Below are positions 48,415-58,646 of a stretch of 64,000 bases of DNA, in pieces (position 1 is the first letter of the stretch; every line of letters starts with the position of its first letter). The translations under genes were made by a program, and so were the position numbers. The notes under the pieces were generated by a model. It was not told the origin of the DNA. It worked only from the letters and a program-made list of their open reading frames with translations, and searched no databases. Source of the stretch: Bacteroidota bacterium (GTDB lineage Bacteria; Bacteroidota; Bacteroidia; Palsa-948); NCBI GenBank assembly GCA_016213435.1, contig JACRAL010000004.1, forward strand, positions 1,286-65,285, given 5' to 3'.

Positions 48415-49349
48415 GCAGAAATCGGATTTTGTAAAGACTCTTTGTCTCTCTTTGCCTTGTGAATGCTTGCATTCAGATCAAAACCCAAAAGCACAACGAG
48501 CGAATTAAAATAGATCCACAGCAAAACTACGATCAAGGTTCCGATGGATCCGTATAATTTATTGTAAGTGCCAAAATGATTTACATAGAAGGCAAATCCT
48601 ACCGACATCATGAGGGATAAAACCGTGGCAAGCATGGAGCCGGCAGAAGCAAATTTCCATCCTGATTTGCGCGAGGGGCCAAGGTAAAATGTAAATGAAA
48701 TAAGAAAATAAAAAAGTGCGAATACAATGATCCATCTTCCTCCCAATATCAGGTAATAGGCGATTTCATCCTGCTTAAAAATTTTCCGTAAGGCGATCTC
48801 GCTGATAATAATGAGCGCAATGGCAGTCATCATCAGCAATGTGGCAATGACAACAAGAAAAATAGAAACCAACCGCTGCTGAAACCCGGTACGAGTTTCA
48901 ATGTCGTGGTAGGTGTTATTAAACGCAGTGATTAACGCGTTAAATCCGTTCGTGGAAAAATATAAAGCGGAAAAAAATCCTATGGACAATAATCCGCCAC
49001 GCTGATTCGTCACAATATCTAAGATGGTATCTTTTGTGGCCTCGTATGCATTGTGCGGCATGAAACTCTGAAGCAAGTTAAGAAGTTGATCCTGAAAATG
49101 CGCTATAGGAATGTAGGGGATGAGTGTGAAAACAAAAATGATGGAAGGGAAGATAGCAAGAAAAAAACTAAATGAAACGGCAGAGGCGCGCATGGCAAGT
49201 GTGCCTTGCATTATTCCTTTCCAGAAAAAACCGGCTACATTATAGAGCGGAAGTTTTTCAAAACCGGGCAAGATGATTTTTTTTGAATACTTAATAATAA
49301 AAGAAATAATGGTTGATCCGAGTATGAATTGAATCATTCTAAGCCACAT
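48411..49349 (-). CDS. YihY/virulence factor BrkB family membrane protein
   Basis: RASAVSF.FFLAIFP and YNKLYGSIG..I..LLW.Y motifs. Confidence 0.9.
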   Translation of the reverse strand: MWLRMIQFILGSTIISFIIKYSKKIILPGFEKLPLYNVAGFFWKGIMQGTLAMRASAVSFSFFLAIFPSIIFVFTLIPYIPIAHFQDQLLNLLQSFMPHNAYEATKDTILDIVTNQRGGLLSIGFFSALYFSTNGFNALITAFNNTYHDIETRTGFQQRLVSIFLVVIATLLMMTAIALIIISEIALRKIFKQDEIAYYLILGGRWIIVFALFYFLISFTFYLGPSRKSGWKFASAGSMLATVLSLMMSVGFAFYVNHFGTYNKLYGSIGTLIVVLLWIYFNSLVVLLGFDLNASIHKAKRDKESLQNPISA

Positions 49350-49357
49350 GAAAAAAT

Positions 49358-50356
49358 TTATTTACGGGTTGCATCTTCTACCCATTGTTTTCCCCAATTC
49401 TCTATTTCCTCTTTATTCCATAGTTCCGGGTAGAAAATTCTTTTTTGAAAACGCGGAGGCAGATATTTCTGCCAGTTGGTTCCGCCTGTTGCAGCAATTT
49501 GTTTTTCATTTTTCTGAAGGTAGCGTGCAGCGGAACGATAATGTACAAGCGGCCAGTTCACATTCACGTTGATGTCCAATTGGCGAAGTGCGTTTATCAA
49601 TTCTAAATCCTGTTGTTCAGTTGCCGAGAGCGATTTGTATTTTGCCCAGATATTTTTTTCTTTGTACTCTTTTGCAAGCTGAATGAATTGTTTGGAATAT
49701 TTTTTTTCAAATTGTTTGAGTGTAAGCGTCTTTTTTCCGGTGGCAAGTTCGGTTGCGCCCTGCTTCCAGTAAATGTGTTCGTACATTTCTTCAATGGATG
49801 CATTCTTGCCTTGAAACTTTGCTCGTACATTTTTATCTACCAACTGGATGAAATCTGTTGAGCTGATCTCCACCATCCGGTATTGGGCGCTCTGGAAACC
49901 GCTTGCAGGGAGAAGCGCCATTCTGTATAGTAGAAATTGCTGCTGTTCCATTCCAACTCCCATGATATCGAAAGATTTTGTGAGTGCTTCGAAATAACGG
50001 TTGATTCGTCCAATACGCTCCGTAAAAAATTTCACATCGATCTTTTCATTCCATCCTTGATCTTCTCCATTGGCCATCACCTTTTTTCCGTTATGAGCGA
50101 TTTGTTCCAATTCGTGAAGAGAAAGTTTAAAATATAATTCTGTTATCTGGTGGTAGATAATAAAGATCAACTCATCGGGAAAATCTGTTTTAGGATTTTG
50201 CAAGGTGAGAAGTTTATCAACGTGCGTGTAATCCCAATAGGTGAGATAATTGGAGAGGAGTAAACCATCTAAATAATTTTCAAGCGATTGTCCCATCGCC
50301 TGATACTTATTATCTAATTTTTTCAGGCGTTCTGTGATCTCTGAGGTGAATTCCAT
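49358..50356 (-). CDS. kynA: Tryptophan 2,3-dioxygenase family protein
   Basis: YWDY...LL.LQ, DE.IFI.YHQ.TEL.FK, L.PASGFQS.QYR and ATGGT motifs. Confidence 0.85.
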   Translation of the reverse strand: MEFTSEITERLKKLDNKYQAMGQSLENYLDGLLLSNYLTYWDYTHVDKLLTLQNPKTDFPDELIFIIYHQITELYFKLSLHELEQIAHNGKKVMANGEDQGWNEKIDVKFFTERIGRINRYFEALTKSFDIMGVGMEQQQFLLYRMALLPASGFQSAQYRMVEISSTDFIQLVDKNVRAKFQGKNASIEEMYEHIYWKQGATELATGKKTLTLKQFEKKYSKQFIQLAKEYKEKNIWAKYKSLSATEQQDLELINALRQLDINVNVNWPLVHYRSAARYLQKNEKQIAATGGTNWQKYLPPRFQKRIFYPELWNKEEIENWGKQWVEDATRK

Positions 50357-50410
50357 ATTAAAAACAATAATTATTTGAAAACGAAAATACGAATAACGAT
50401 TAACTAATAA

Positions 50411-51253
50411 CTACTTTTTCTCTTCCAGTGCAAGAGGATGAATAAGCCCTGCATATTCGGTAAGATCCATTTTGATAGAACCGACAAGCACTTTTGCTTC
50501 GGCACGGATGGGAATCCGGTTTCTGTCATCAGAGATCCATGCGTTCATGTCTTCTTCTTTTTTGAAAACTCTTCCCTTCTGAACCACCGGATGGAATCTT
50601 ATGCAGCGAATTTTTCCTATGTCAGAATTGATCGTTTCTTTCCCCATAAATTTTATTTTCAGTGACCATGCCGTGTCGTCCACAAAACAAGGGAACTCAA
50701 AAATATCTCCTTCTTTTGCATTGGAGAAATCAATTGTGCGTGCATAGTAAAAAGCAGAAGTCATATCCTGAACATTATCGGGCACATCGAATTTTTTTCC
50801 ATTCATATCCATCGTGTTCTTGTAGTGATTGAATATCTGGTTCTGTTCTATCTTATAACCTCCTTCGCTCACGCGCCTGATGAAAAGCCATGGGATTATT
50901 GCCTCTTCGTCAATGTAGGATTCATACCTGTCACGCACTTTGAAAAACCAGTCGAAGGAACTATTTGTATTTCCTATCCCAACAACGTGCAGGGTATTTC
51001 TTCCTCCGATCTGCCTGTTCTCATCTATCACACTCATGGTTACTTCACCTGCATTGATGAAACCGTAATGCATGCGGTAGGTAAGTTTTTCTCCGCGCCT
51101 GAAAGCTTCGTTTTTTTGTGTGCGCAAGGGACCATCTTGCCTCAGCCCCGACTCATTTCCAAAGGATGAGGGTGATTTACTTTCCTGAAAAACAAAAGCA
51201 GTAATAATGGTAAAAATGACAGAAGAAAAAAATATGATTATAAAATTTTTCAT
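50411..51253 (-). CDS. DUF3108-like secreted protein
   Basis: GE.L.Y..HYG, FKVRDRYES, QD..SAFY and W..DD.N.IP motifs. ATG at 51253 gives a signal peptide. Confidence 0.8.
   Translation of the reverse strand: MKNFIIIFFSSVIFTIITAFVFQESKSPSSFGNESGLRQDGPLRTQKNEAFRRGEKLTYRMHYGFINAGEVTMSVIDENRQIGGRNTLHVVGIGNTNSSFDWFFKVRDRYESYIDEEAIIPWLFIRRVSEGGYKIEQNQIFNHYKNTMDMNGKKFDVPDNVQDMTSAFYYARTIDFSNAKEGDIFEFPCFVDDTAWSLKIKFMGKETINSDIGKIRCIRFHPVVQKGRVFKKEEDMNAWISDDRNRIPIRAEAKVLVGSIKMDLTEYAGLIHPLALEEKK
51140..51176 (-). repeat. Degenerate family-A repeat, in frame
   Basis: CCTCAGCCCCGACTCATTTCCAAAGGATGAGGGTGAT, translated as SPSSFGNESGLR. Another degenerate copy is intergenic at 51285-51316. Confidence 0.55.
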
Positions 51254-51323
51254 ACCGATTATCTCTGAGCAAAGCACGTGCCAACTTTCCCTTTCCTTTT
51301 CCCGAAGAGAAAGGGGTATGTGG

Positions 51324-54302
51324 CTACATCACAATATTTACTATCCTTTTTGGTACAACGATCACTTTCTTGGGTTGTTTTCCTTCTAAGAATTTTTTTG
51401 ATTGCTCATTGGCAAGCACTTCCTTTTCAATTTCTGCCGGAGTTAAACTGAGCGACAGTTCCAAATTGAAACGCATTTTTCCGTTGAAGGAAATAGGATA
51501 AGAATAAGAATCATCCGCCATCAGTGCTTCGTTGTATTGAGGGAAAGTTGCGAAGGTGATACTTTTCTCATTTCCTAATTTATACCATAATTCTTCTGCA
51601 ATGTGTGGAGCGAATGAAGAAAGTAAAATCACGAGCGGCTCAAGAATCGCACGCTTGTTGCATTTTAATTCTGTGAGCTCGTTTGTGCAGATCATGAAAG
51701 CGCTCACCGAAGTGTTGAAGGAATAATTATCAATATCCTGTTGGATCTTTTTGATGGTCTTGTGAAGGATTTTGAGTTCGGGTTTTGTAGGTTCGTCCTC
51801 AGAAACAAAAAAAGCCCCACCTAAATCCTCCCCGTTAGAGAGGACTTTCAGTTCGTTCTCCCTCCCTTTGGGAGGGTTGGGGTGGGCTAATCTCCAGAAC
51901 TTATTCAGAAAACCAAAAACCCCGCTGATGCCGTTTGTATTCCATGGTTTGCTTTGCTCCAGCGGACCGAGGAACATTTCGTACAAACGCAAGGTGTCAG
52001 CGCCAAAATTTGTGCAGATGTCATCGGGAGTGACGACATTGTATTTTGACTTGGACATTTTTTCGACTTCTCTTTTTACGAGAAAAGGCGGTCTGGTTTT
52101 TTCTGGTGTTAATACTCCATTGTCATTATAATAACCCCCTTTAAAATAATAACCTTCTTTAAGAATAAAAACCGAATCAGAATATTCGTTACCAAACTGT
52201 GATTCTATAAATAAATCAATATTTAATTTTTCTTCATCAACAAATTCAATAGGGCTATTTCTTTCGAAAACAGAAAAGGGTTCTATTCCGGTTGGAACTT
52301 TATAAGGATATACGTCTGCACTACTTATAAATCTTTGAACGTCATTAAATGTTATTTGTCTTGGGTAATCACTGTTATTTAAACTTGGTCCCATCCAATT
52401 ATTTGACATAGAAACACCACTACTATTTATTCCTCCAATAAATATTTTTGCACTCATTCCTTGAATCATCCCCTGATTGATCAGCTTCTTTGCAGGTTCA
52501 ATTACAGGGATCAAACCGAGGTCAAATAAAAATTTTGTCCAGAAGCGCATGTAAAGCAAATGTCCGGTGGCGTGCTCGGCACCGCCAATGTAGAGGTCAA
52601 CATCTTTCCAGTAATTCAGCGCATCCTTTCCGGCAAATTCATTTTTGTTCTGCGGATCCATGTAGCGCAAATAATACCAGCTGCTTCCTGCCCAACCCGG
52701 CATCGTAGTTTTCTCGTACTCATATTTTCCCTGATGTTTCCAGTTCTTCGCGCGCGCCAAAGGCGGTTCACCGTCTTCGGTAGGTAAATATTTATCTACT
52801 TCAGGAAGCACCAGTGGAAGTTCGTTCTCTTCCATCACGTGGGGAATTCCATCCTTATAATAAACGGGAATTGGCTCGCCCCAGTAACGCTGTCTGCCGA
52901 AAATTGCATCGCGCAAACGGAATTGTGTTCTTCCAAAACCTAATCCTCTTTTTTCAATTTCCTGTATCGCACGTTTGATGGAATCTTTTACATCAAGCCC
53001 ATTTAAAAAATCTGAATTGATACATTTTCCTTCTTTCGCGTCCCACGCTTCTCTTTGAATATCCCATCCTTCGGGAGCGGAAACAACTTGTTTGATTTCC
53101 AGATCAAAATGTTTTGCAAAAGCATGGTCGCGTGAATCGTGAGCTGGCACAGCCATCACTGCGCCCGTTCCATAACCAGCTAGTACATAATCTCCAAGCC
53201 AAATTGGAATCCTATTTTTTGTAAATGGATGAATACAAAACGCTCCAGTGTCAACTCCGGTAACATTTTTGACATCCGCCATGCGATCTCTTTCAGAACG
53301 GATTTTTACTTTTTCAATATAGGCATCAACTTCATTCTTCTTTTCCGAAGAACATATTTTTGTTGCTAATGGATGCTCAGGAGCAAGGACAAGAAAGGTT
53401 GCGCCAAAGATTGTATCCGGACGTGTTGAGAAAACTGGAATATAAGATTGCTTTTCATTGTCAACATTGAAAGTAAGAGAAGCACCTTCTGATTTTCCAA
53501 TCCAGTTGCGTTGCGCTTCTTTAATTGATTCGCTCCAGTCAATATTATCGAGATTGTTTAACAATCTGTTTGCATAAGCGGTAATGCGCAAACTCCATTG
53601 CGGCATGAGTTTTCTTTCTACCGGATACCCACCGCGCTCAGAAACACCGTCTTTCACTTCTTCATTCGCCAGAACGGTTCCAAGCTGCGGACACCAGTTT
53701 ACCCAAGCTTCGCTTAAATAAGCTAAGCGATATTCCATCAGCACATCACTTTTCTCTTTCTCATTCAACTCATCCCATTTCTTTTCCAACTTTCCAACTT
53801 TGCCACTTTCTAACTTTTGAACTAAAGTATTTATTGATTCCGCTTTATCCGTTTCATGATTGTACCATGAATTAAAAAGTTTTATAAAAATCCACTGCGT
53901 CCATTTGTAATAGTTAGGATCGGAAGTGCGCACTTCCCGTTCCCAGTCGAATGAGAAACCAATTTTATCCATCTGCTCGCGGTAGCGGGCAATATTATCT
54001 TTAGTGGTTTTTTCAGGATGCTGTCCGGTTTGAATGGCGTATTGTTCTGCAGGAAGTCCAAAGGAATCATATCCCATCGGATGCAAAACGTTAAACCCTT
54101 TCAGCCTTTTGTAACGTGAAACAATATCGGAAGCAATGTATCCCAGCGGATGCCCAACGTGCAAGCCGGCACCGGAAGGATATGGAAACATATCGAGCGC
54201 GTAATATTTCGGCTTGACAGATTTATTTTCAGCACGAAAAGTTTTGTTGTCTGCCCAGTGCTTTTGCCACTTTTTTTCTATTTCTCCGAATGGATATGCC
54301 AT
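51324..54302 (-). CDS. leuS: Leucine--tRNA ligase
   Basis: MFPYPSG.GLHVGH (HIGH), TRPDT, GTGAVMAVPAHD, RQRYWG and KMSKS motifs. Confidence 0.98.
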   Translation of the reverse strand: MAYPFGEIEKKWQKHWADNKTFRAENKSVKPKYYALDMFPYPSGAGLHVGHPLGYIASDIVSRYKRLKGFNVLHPMGYDSFGLPAEQYAIQTGQHPEKTTKDNIARYREQMDKIGFSFDWEREVRTSDPNYYKWTQWIFIKLFNSWYNHETDKAESINTLVQKLESGKVGKLEKKWDELNEKEKSDVLMEYRLAYLSEAWVNWCPQLGTVLANEEVKDGVSERGGYPVERKLMPQWSLRITAYANRLLNNLDNIDWSESIKEAQRNWIGKSEGASLTFNVDNEKQSYIPVFSTRPDTIFGATFLVLAPEHPLATKICSSEKKNEVDAYIEKVKIRSERDRMADVKNVTGVDTGAFCIHPFTKNRIPIWLGDYVLAGYGTGAVMAVPAHDSRDHAFAKHFDLEIKQVVSAPEGWDIQREAWDAKEGKCINSDFLNGLDVKDSIKRAIQEIEKRGLGFGRTQFRLRDAIFGRQRYWGEPIPVYYKDGIPHVMEENELPLVLPEVDKYLPTEDGEPPLARAKNWKHQGKYEYEKTTMPGWAGSSWYYLRYMDPQNKNEFAGKDALNYWKDVDLYIGGAEHATGHLLYMRFWTKFLFDLGLIPVIEPAKKLINQGMIQGMSAKIFIGGINSSGVSMSNNWMGPSLNNSDYPRQITFNDVQRFISSADVYPYKVPTGIEPFSVFERNSPIEFVDEEKLNIDLFIESQFGNEYSDSVFILKEGYYFKGGYYNDNGVLTPEKTRPPFLVKREVEKMSKSKYNVVTPDDICTNFGADTLRLYEMFLGPLEQSKPWNTNGISGVFGFLNKFWRLAHPNPPKGRENELKVLSNGEDLGGAFFVSEDEPTKPELKILHKTIKKIQQDIDNYSFNTSVSAFMICTNELTELKCNKRAILEPLVILLSSFAPHIAEELWYKLGNEKSITFATFPQYNEALMADDSYSYPISFNGKMRFNLELSLSLTPAEIEKEVLANEQSKKFLEGKQPKKVIVVPKRIVNIVM
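51813..51888. repeat. Family-A-related inverted doublet, in frame in leuS
   Basis: AGCCCCACCTAAATCCTCCCCGTTAGAGAGGAC..CTCCCTCCCTTTGGGAGGGTTGGGGTGGGCT, translated as AHPNPPKGRENELKVLSNGEDLGGA. Confidence 0.88.
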
Positions 54303-54384
54303 AGGGCACGAAGTTAAAGAAATACTTAATTGTTATTCGTTAAACCTAAAATGCAATTAACATCGCTGTTCTGATAACTCCAAG

Positions 54385-54412
54385 CTTTAAACTTTAAACT
54401 TTAAACTTTAAA
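54385..54412 (+). repeat. (CTTTAAA)4 heptamer array in the ftsX promoter
   Basis: Four perfect copies just upstream of the -7 box TACATTTG (54417-54424). Confidence 0.85.
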
Positions 54413-54428
54413 CTTTTACATTTGCTTT

Positions 54429-55295
54429 ATGCCTGAAGAAAAAAGAAGAAAGATTCAATCATCCTCCATCACAACTGTAATAAGCGTTTCGCTTGTGTTA
54501 TTCCTTCTCGGTTTACTTGGCGTTCTTTTCATCAGTGCGAAAAAGATTTCGAATCACCTGAAAGAGAATATTGGATTTCATATATATCTTAAAGACAATG
54601 CAAAGGAGGACGAGGTTGACCGACTACATAGTTTTTTAAATGCAAGCAGTTATGTAAAGTCCTGCGCTTATTTATCTAAAGATTCTGCCGCTGCGATTTA
54701 CAAAAAGGATGTGGGAGAAGATTTCGTTCAGTTCATCGGGTATAATCCTCTTCCTTCTTCCATGGAAGTACAGTTGAAGGCCGACTATGCAAACTCCGAC
54801 AGCATTGCATGGATACAAAAACAAATCCTTGATTTCAGCAGTGTGAAAGAATTTGATTACCAGGAATCGCTCGTGAACATGGTGAATAAAAATATAAACC
54901 GTATTGCATTCGTGCTTTTGATTTTCATCGGGCTTCTGATGCTCATCGCTCTTGGACTCATCAACAACACCATACGGCTGGCGATCTACTCCAGGCGTTA
55001 CATCATTAAAACCATGCAATTGGTCGGAGCTACTGGAGGTTTTATCCGCAAACCGTTTTTGCTGAACGGCATTAAATACGGCATCATTGCCGGTATCATT
55101 GCGAACCTGATACTGGGCGGAATTCTTTATGCTGCCCTGAAAAAAATTCCTGACCTTGAACAGATTACAGACGTCAGCATGATGATATATCTTTTCGGAA
55201 TTGTTTTTGTTTTCGGTATTTTGATATCGGGTGTTTCTACTTTTTTTGCTGTAAGAAGGTATTTACGATTGAGTTCAGAAGAATTATATTATTAG
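54429..55295 (+). CDS. ftsX: Cell division permease FtsX
   Basis: Four-TM layout, NPLP, LINNTIRL.IY.RR..I.TMQLVGAT..FI..PF. Confidence 0.93.
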   Translation: MPEEKRRKIQSSSITTVISVSLVLFLLGLLGVLFISAKKISNHLKENIGFHIYLKDNAKEDEVDRLHSFLNASSYVKSCAYLSKDSAAAIYKKDVGEDFVQFIGYNPLPSSMEVQLKADYANSDSIAWIQKQILDFSSVKEFDYQESLVNMVNKNINRIAFVLLIFIGLLMLIALGLINNTIRLAIYSRRYIIKTMQLVGATGGFIRKPFLLNGIKYGIIAGIIANLILGGILYAALKKIPDLEQITDVSMMIYLFGIVFVFGILISGVSTFFAVRRYLRLSSEELYY

Positions 55296-55387
55296 CCTCG
55301 TTTAGGCCTTCTTCTTGAGGAGAGAAAGGAAAAACATCTATTTAATTTTGATTCGTATATTCGTGCCTCATTCGTAATTTGCAGAAT

Positions 55388-55675
55388 ATGTCAAAAGAAA
55401 ATTTAAAACCAACCGCATCTTCTTCAAAGATGTTCCCTGCTCATCAGGGAGAAAAAGCGACATTTGCTTTCGGAAAAGATAATTACAGAATGCTGCTCAT
55501 CGGGATTGTAATTGTCGCAATCGGAATGATATGCATGATTAGCAGTGCCTCCGATGATCCGAAAAAAATGTCGGAAACTATTTTTGATTTTCAACGATTA
55601 ACGCTCGCGCCCATTCTCATCATTGCAGGATATGTAGTCGTGCTGTTTGCCATTCTGAAAAATCCTAAAGAGTAA
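55388..55675 (+). CDS. DUF3098-like membrane protein
   Basis: F.F.K.NY...IG...G..M and R.TLAP..I..GY motifs; ftsX-uppP context. Confidence 0.82.
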   Translation: MSKENLKPTASSSKMFPAHQGEKATFAFGKDNYRMLLIGIVIVAIGMICMISSASDDPKKMSETIFDFQRLTLAPILIIAGYVVVLFAILKNPKE

Positions 55676-55775
55676 TCAATTAGTTAATGAGTCTCCCGAT
55701 AATTATCAGGATTGAAGATTTGAAAATAAATTTTCAGAATTGATTTTCAAAATCGACTAATTTTCAAATTAGAAA

Positions 55776-56582
55776 ATGACATACCTCCAGGCAATCATCC
55801 TCGCCATCATTGAAGGGATCACGGAATTTCTTCCTATATCAAGCACGGCTCATATGAAATTTGCCAATCCATTTCTCGGGCTTGGCGATTCTCCTTTCAC
55901 AAATATGTTCGAAGTGGTAATACAACTTGCGGCCATTCTTTCCGTAGTGGTTATTTATTGGAAAAAGTTTTTGGATATTAAACATTACAGTTTTTATATC
56001 AAACTGATCATTGCAGTTATGCCTGCATTGGTAATCGGAGGTTTGTTCAAAAAATACATTGATATCGCTTTATCCAATCTGCTTTTCATTTCCTGTGTGA
56101 TGATCGGTGGCGGTATAATTTTATTGTTCATTGATAAATTTTTCAAGCATCCTTCCATTCATGAAGAAGAAAAAATATCAAATAAAAGTGCTTTCATCAT
56201 AGGTTGCTTCCAGGTTTTATCCATAATTTTCCCCGGGTTAAGCCGCAGCGCTGCTACCATTCTTGGAGGAATGAGCCAAAAACTTACTCGAAGCATTGCT
56301 GCAGAATTTTCTTTTTTTCTTGCAGTACCCACCATGTTTGCCGCATCTGTGAAAAGTTTTTATGACGTATACAAGCACAATCCGGAAGTATTGGTAAAAG
56401 AAAACTTTTCACTTCTTGGTGTTGGAGCCGTTGTTTCATTTATTGTGGCGCTGCTCTCGGTCAAATTTTTCATTTATTACCTTCAACGAAATGATTTCAG
56501 GTTATTTGGTTATTATAGAATTGCACTTGGCGTTTTGTTTCTTCTTGTAAGTTTGTCTCTTGGAATTAAAATCATACAATAA
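55776..56582 (+). CDS. uppP: Undecaprenyl-diphosphate phosphatase
   Basis: EGITEFLPISSTAH, IQL.AI, PGLSRS and AAEFSFFLA motifs. Confidence 0.95.
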   Translation: MTYLQAIILAIIEGITEFLPISSTAHMKFANPFLGLGDSPFTNMFEVVIQLAAILSVVVIYWKKFLDIKHYSFYIKLIIAVMPALVIGGLFKKYIDIALSNLLFISCVMIGGGIILLFIDKFFKHPSIHEEEKISNKSAFIIGCFQVLSIIFPGLSRSAATILGGMSQKLTRSIAAEFSFFLAVPTMFAASVKSFYDVYKHNPEVLVKENFSLLGVGAVVSFIVALLSVKFFIYYLQRNDFRLFGYYRIALGVLFLLVSLSLGIKIIQ

Positions 56583-57443
56583 ATGAAAATAACTCAAGAC
56601 GATTTCTTCAACGGACAGATCATCCTCGTCAACAAGCCAAAAACCTGGACTTCATTTGATGTGGTGAACAAAATGCGGAGTGATGTCCGCCATGCATACC
56701 AGATTCCATTCGTCAAGATCGGACATGCAGGAACGCTGGATCCGCTTGCAACAGGACTGCTTATTATTTGCATTGGTCGCCAAACAAAAAATATTGAACA
56801 ATACCAGGGATTGGAAAAAGAATACACCGGCACCATAATGCTGGGCGCTACCACGCCTTCATACGACATGGAAACTCAGGTGAACGAACGCTATTCGATC
56901 GCACATATTACTCCCGAACTTATTACGGAAGCTGCAAAAAAATTTGTAGGCGCAATCTGGCAGTATCCTCCTGATTTTTCTGCAAAACGTGTTCAGGGCG
57001 ATCGCGCATACAACATTGCCCGTAACGGAGGACAGCCCGATATTAAACCCGTGCTGGTGCACATCAGCAAGTTCGAAATTGTTAGTGTCCTGCTGCCGAT
57101 GATCGAATTCAGAGTAGTGTGTGCAAAAGGAACATACATTCGTTCTCTTGCGCATGATCTGGGAAGACAATTAGGATGCGGTGCCTTGCTTGCTTCTCTC
57201 AACCGCACGCGTATAGGACAGTACAAACTCAAAGATGCCAAAGAAATAAAAAACTGGATGGAAGCTGTTCAGCCCAGCGTTCCTAAAAAAAGAATTCCTC
57301 CTAAAACTGCAGCAAAGAAAGCGGATGCAAGACAAAAAGAGCGCAATAAGAGTTCCGTCCCTAATAAAGCTGCTCTAAAGAAGACAATTGCGAAGAAGAA
57401 ATCACCTGTAAAGAAGAAAAATAAGGGAAAGAAGAAGAAGTGA
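56583..57443 (+). CDS. truB: tRNA pseudouridine(55) synthase with a Lys-rich C-terminal tail
   Basis: KP..WTSFD, GHAGTLDPLATG and KGTYIRSL..D motifs. Confidence 0.95.
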   Translation: MKITQDDFFNGQIILVNKPKTWTSFDVVNKMRSDVRHAYQIPFVKIGHAGTLDPLATGLLIICIGRQTKNIEQYQGLEKEYTGTIMLGATTPSYDMETQVNERYSIAHITPELITEAAKKFVGAIWQYPPDFSAKRVQGDRAYNIARNGGQPDIKPVLVHISKFEIVSVLLPMIEFRVVCAKGTYIRSLAHDLGRQLGCGALLASLNRTRIGQYKLKDAKEIKNWMEAVQPSVPKKRIPPKTAAKKADARQKERNKSSVPNKAALKKTIAKKKSPVKKKNKGKKKK

Positions 57444-57509
57444 AAAAAATTACTCTTTCCTGCTTGTGCAAAAATCTTCTTAAGTTTGTTGGATAATTCA
57501 TTCCCCCAT

Positions 57510-58616
57510 ATGAAATACAAAATATTATTATCTCTGTTCATTTTCTTTTCATTTGCCGTCAATTGTTTTTCCCAGACAAAAGATTCTATTGCATCTAACA
57601 AAGATTCAGCAAAGATCGAGATCAGCGGATATGTGGATGCGTATTATGGATATTACACCGATTCAGCAGGTGCCGGCAATTATCAAAAGTTTCCCTCTAT
57701 TTCTCCTCGCAGCAACCAGTTTGGATTGAATGTTGCAATGATCACTGCAAAATATTCTGCCGATAAAGTACGAGGAATTGTTGCGGTTCATTACGGAGAT
57801 ATTCCGCACAGCACCTGGTCAGCTAATTATAATTTTATTCAAGAGGCAAATGTCGGCATTCGTCTTCAAAAAACCCTTTGGCTCGATGCGGGGTTTTTCA
57901 GAACCCACCTTGGAACGGAAGCGCTTTTCCCGAAAGAGAATTATACCAGCTCTGTTTCAGTACCTACTTTTTTTGAGCCCTATTATGAGGCAGGTGCCAG
58001 GCTGAACTATATCCCTAATGAGAAACTTTCCTTTTTTATTTATGCGCTGAACGGCTATAACATATATGAAGATAATAACCGTACAAAATCTACGGGTCTT
58101 TTGGTTACTTATATTTTTAGTGAACGGTTAAATATCGGTTATAGCGGTTACTATGGAGATGATACCCCGGAGAATGATTCGCTGAAACATTTTCGGCAGA
58201 TGCATAATGTGTTCCTGAATTTTAAAAGGAAGAAATTTAAGTTCACAATGGGCGGGGATTACTGCATGCAGCAAAATTCTGATACCAGCGGAAAGAAAAG
58301 CGTTTTCATGTTCAGTGGTTTAGCAATGTTGAAATATCAATTAATGAAAAAATTCGGGGTATATAATAGAGAAGAAATATTCAATGACCCTCAAGGCATC
58401 ATGTCAGGAACTTTTGTTGATAAGACAGGCAAACGCAGCGGTTACAAAATATGGGGAGTTACATTGGGAATAGAATACAAACCAACCGACAATTCATACA
58501 TCCGGCTGGAAGGGAGAGAATTAATCGCAGATAAGGATCAGGAGATATTTCACTGGAACAACTTCATTACAAATGCCCGGACGGAACTGATGATAAACAT
58601 GGGCGTTTCATTTTAA
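57510..58616 (+). CDS. Putative outer-membrane beta-barrel porin upstream of amt
   Basis: Signal peptide, ISGYVDAYY, IQEA, DAG.F.TH.G.E, NGY and a terminal Phe. -7 box TAAGTTTG at 57481. Confidence 0.8.
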   Translation: MKYKILLSLFIFFSFAVNCFSQTKDSIASNKDSAKIEISGYVDAYYGYYTDSAGAGNYQKFPSISPRSNQFGLNVAMITAKYSADKVRGIVAVHYGDIPHSTWSANYNFIQEANVGIRLQKTLWLDAGFFRTHLGTEALFPKENYTSSVSVPTFFEPYYEAGARLNYIPNEKLSFFIYALNGYNIYEDNNRTKSTGLLVTYIFSERLNIGYSGYYGDDTPENDSLKHFRQMHNVFLNFKRKKFKFTMGGDYCMQQNSDTSGKKSVFMFSGLAMLKYQLMKKFGVYNREEIFNDPQGIMSGTFVDKTGKRSGYKIWGVTLGIEYKPTDNSYIRLEGRELIADKDQEIFHWNNFITNARTELMINMGVSF

Positions 58617-58646
58617 TTCAATACTACGAACCTAAAACCACAAACC

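Noticed and set aside
52065-52457. Intein or intron in leuS
   Set aside because: There are no C/S...HN intein termini or endonuclease motifs and the frame is open. It is kept only as a variable-domain finding.
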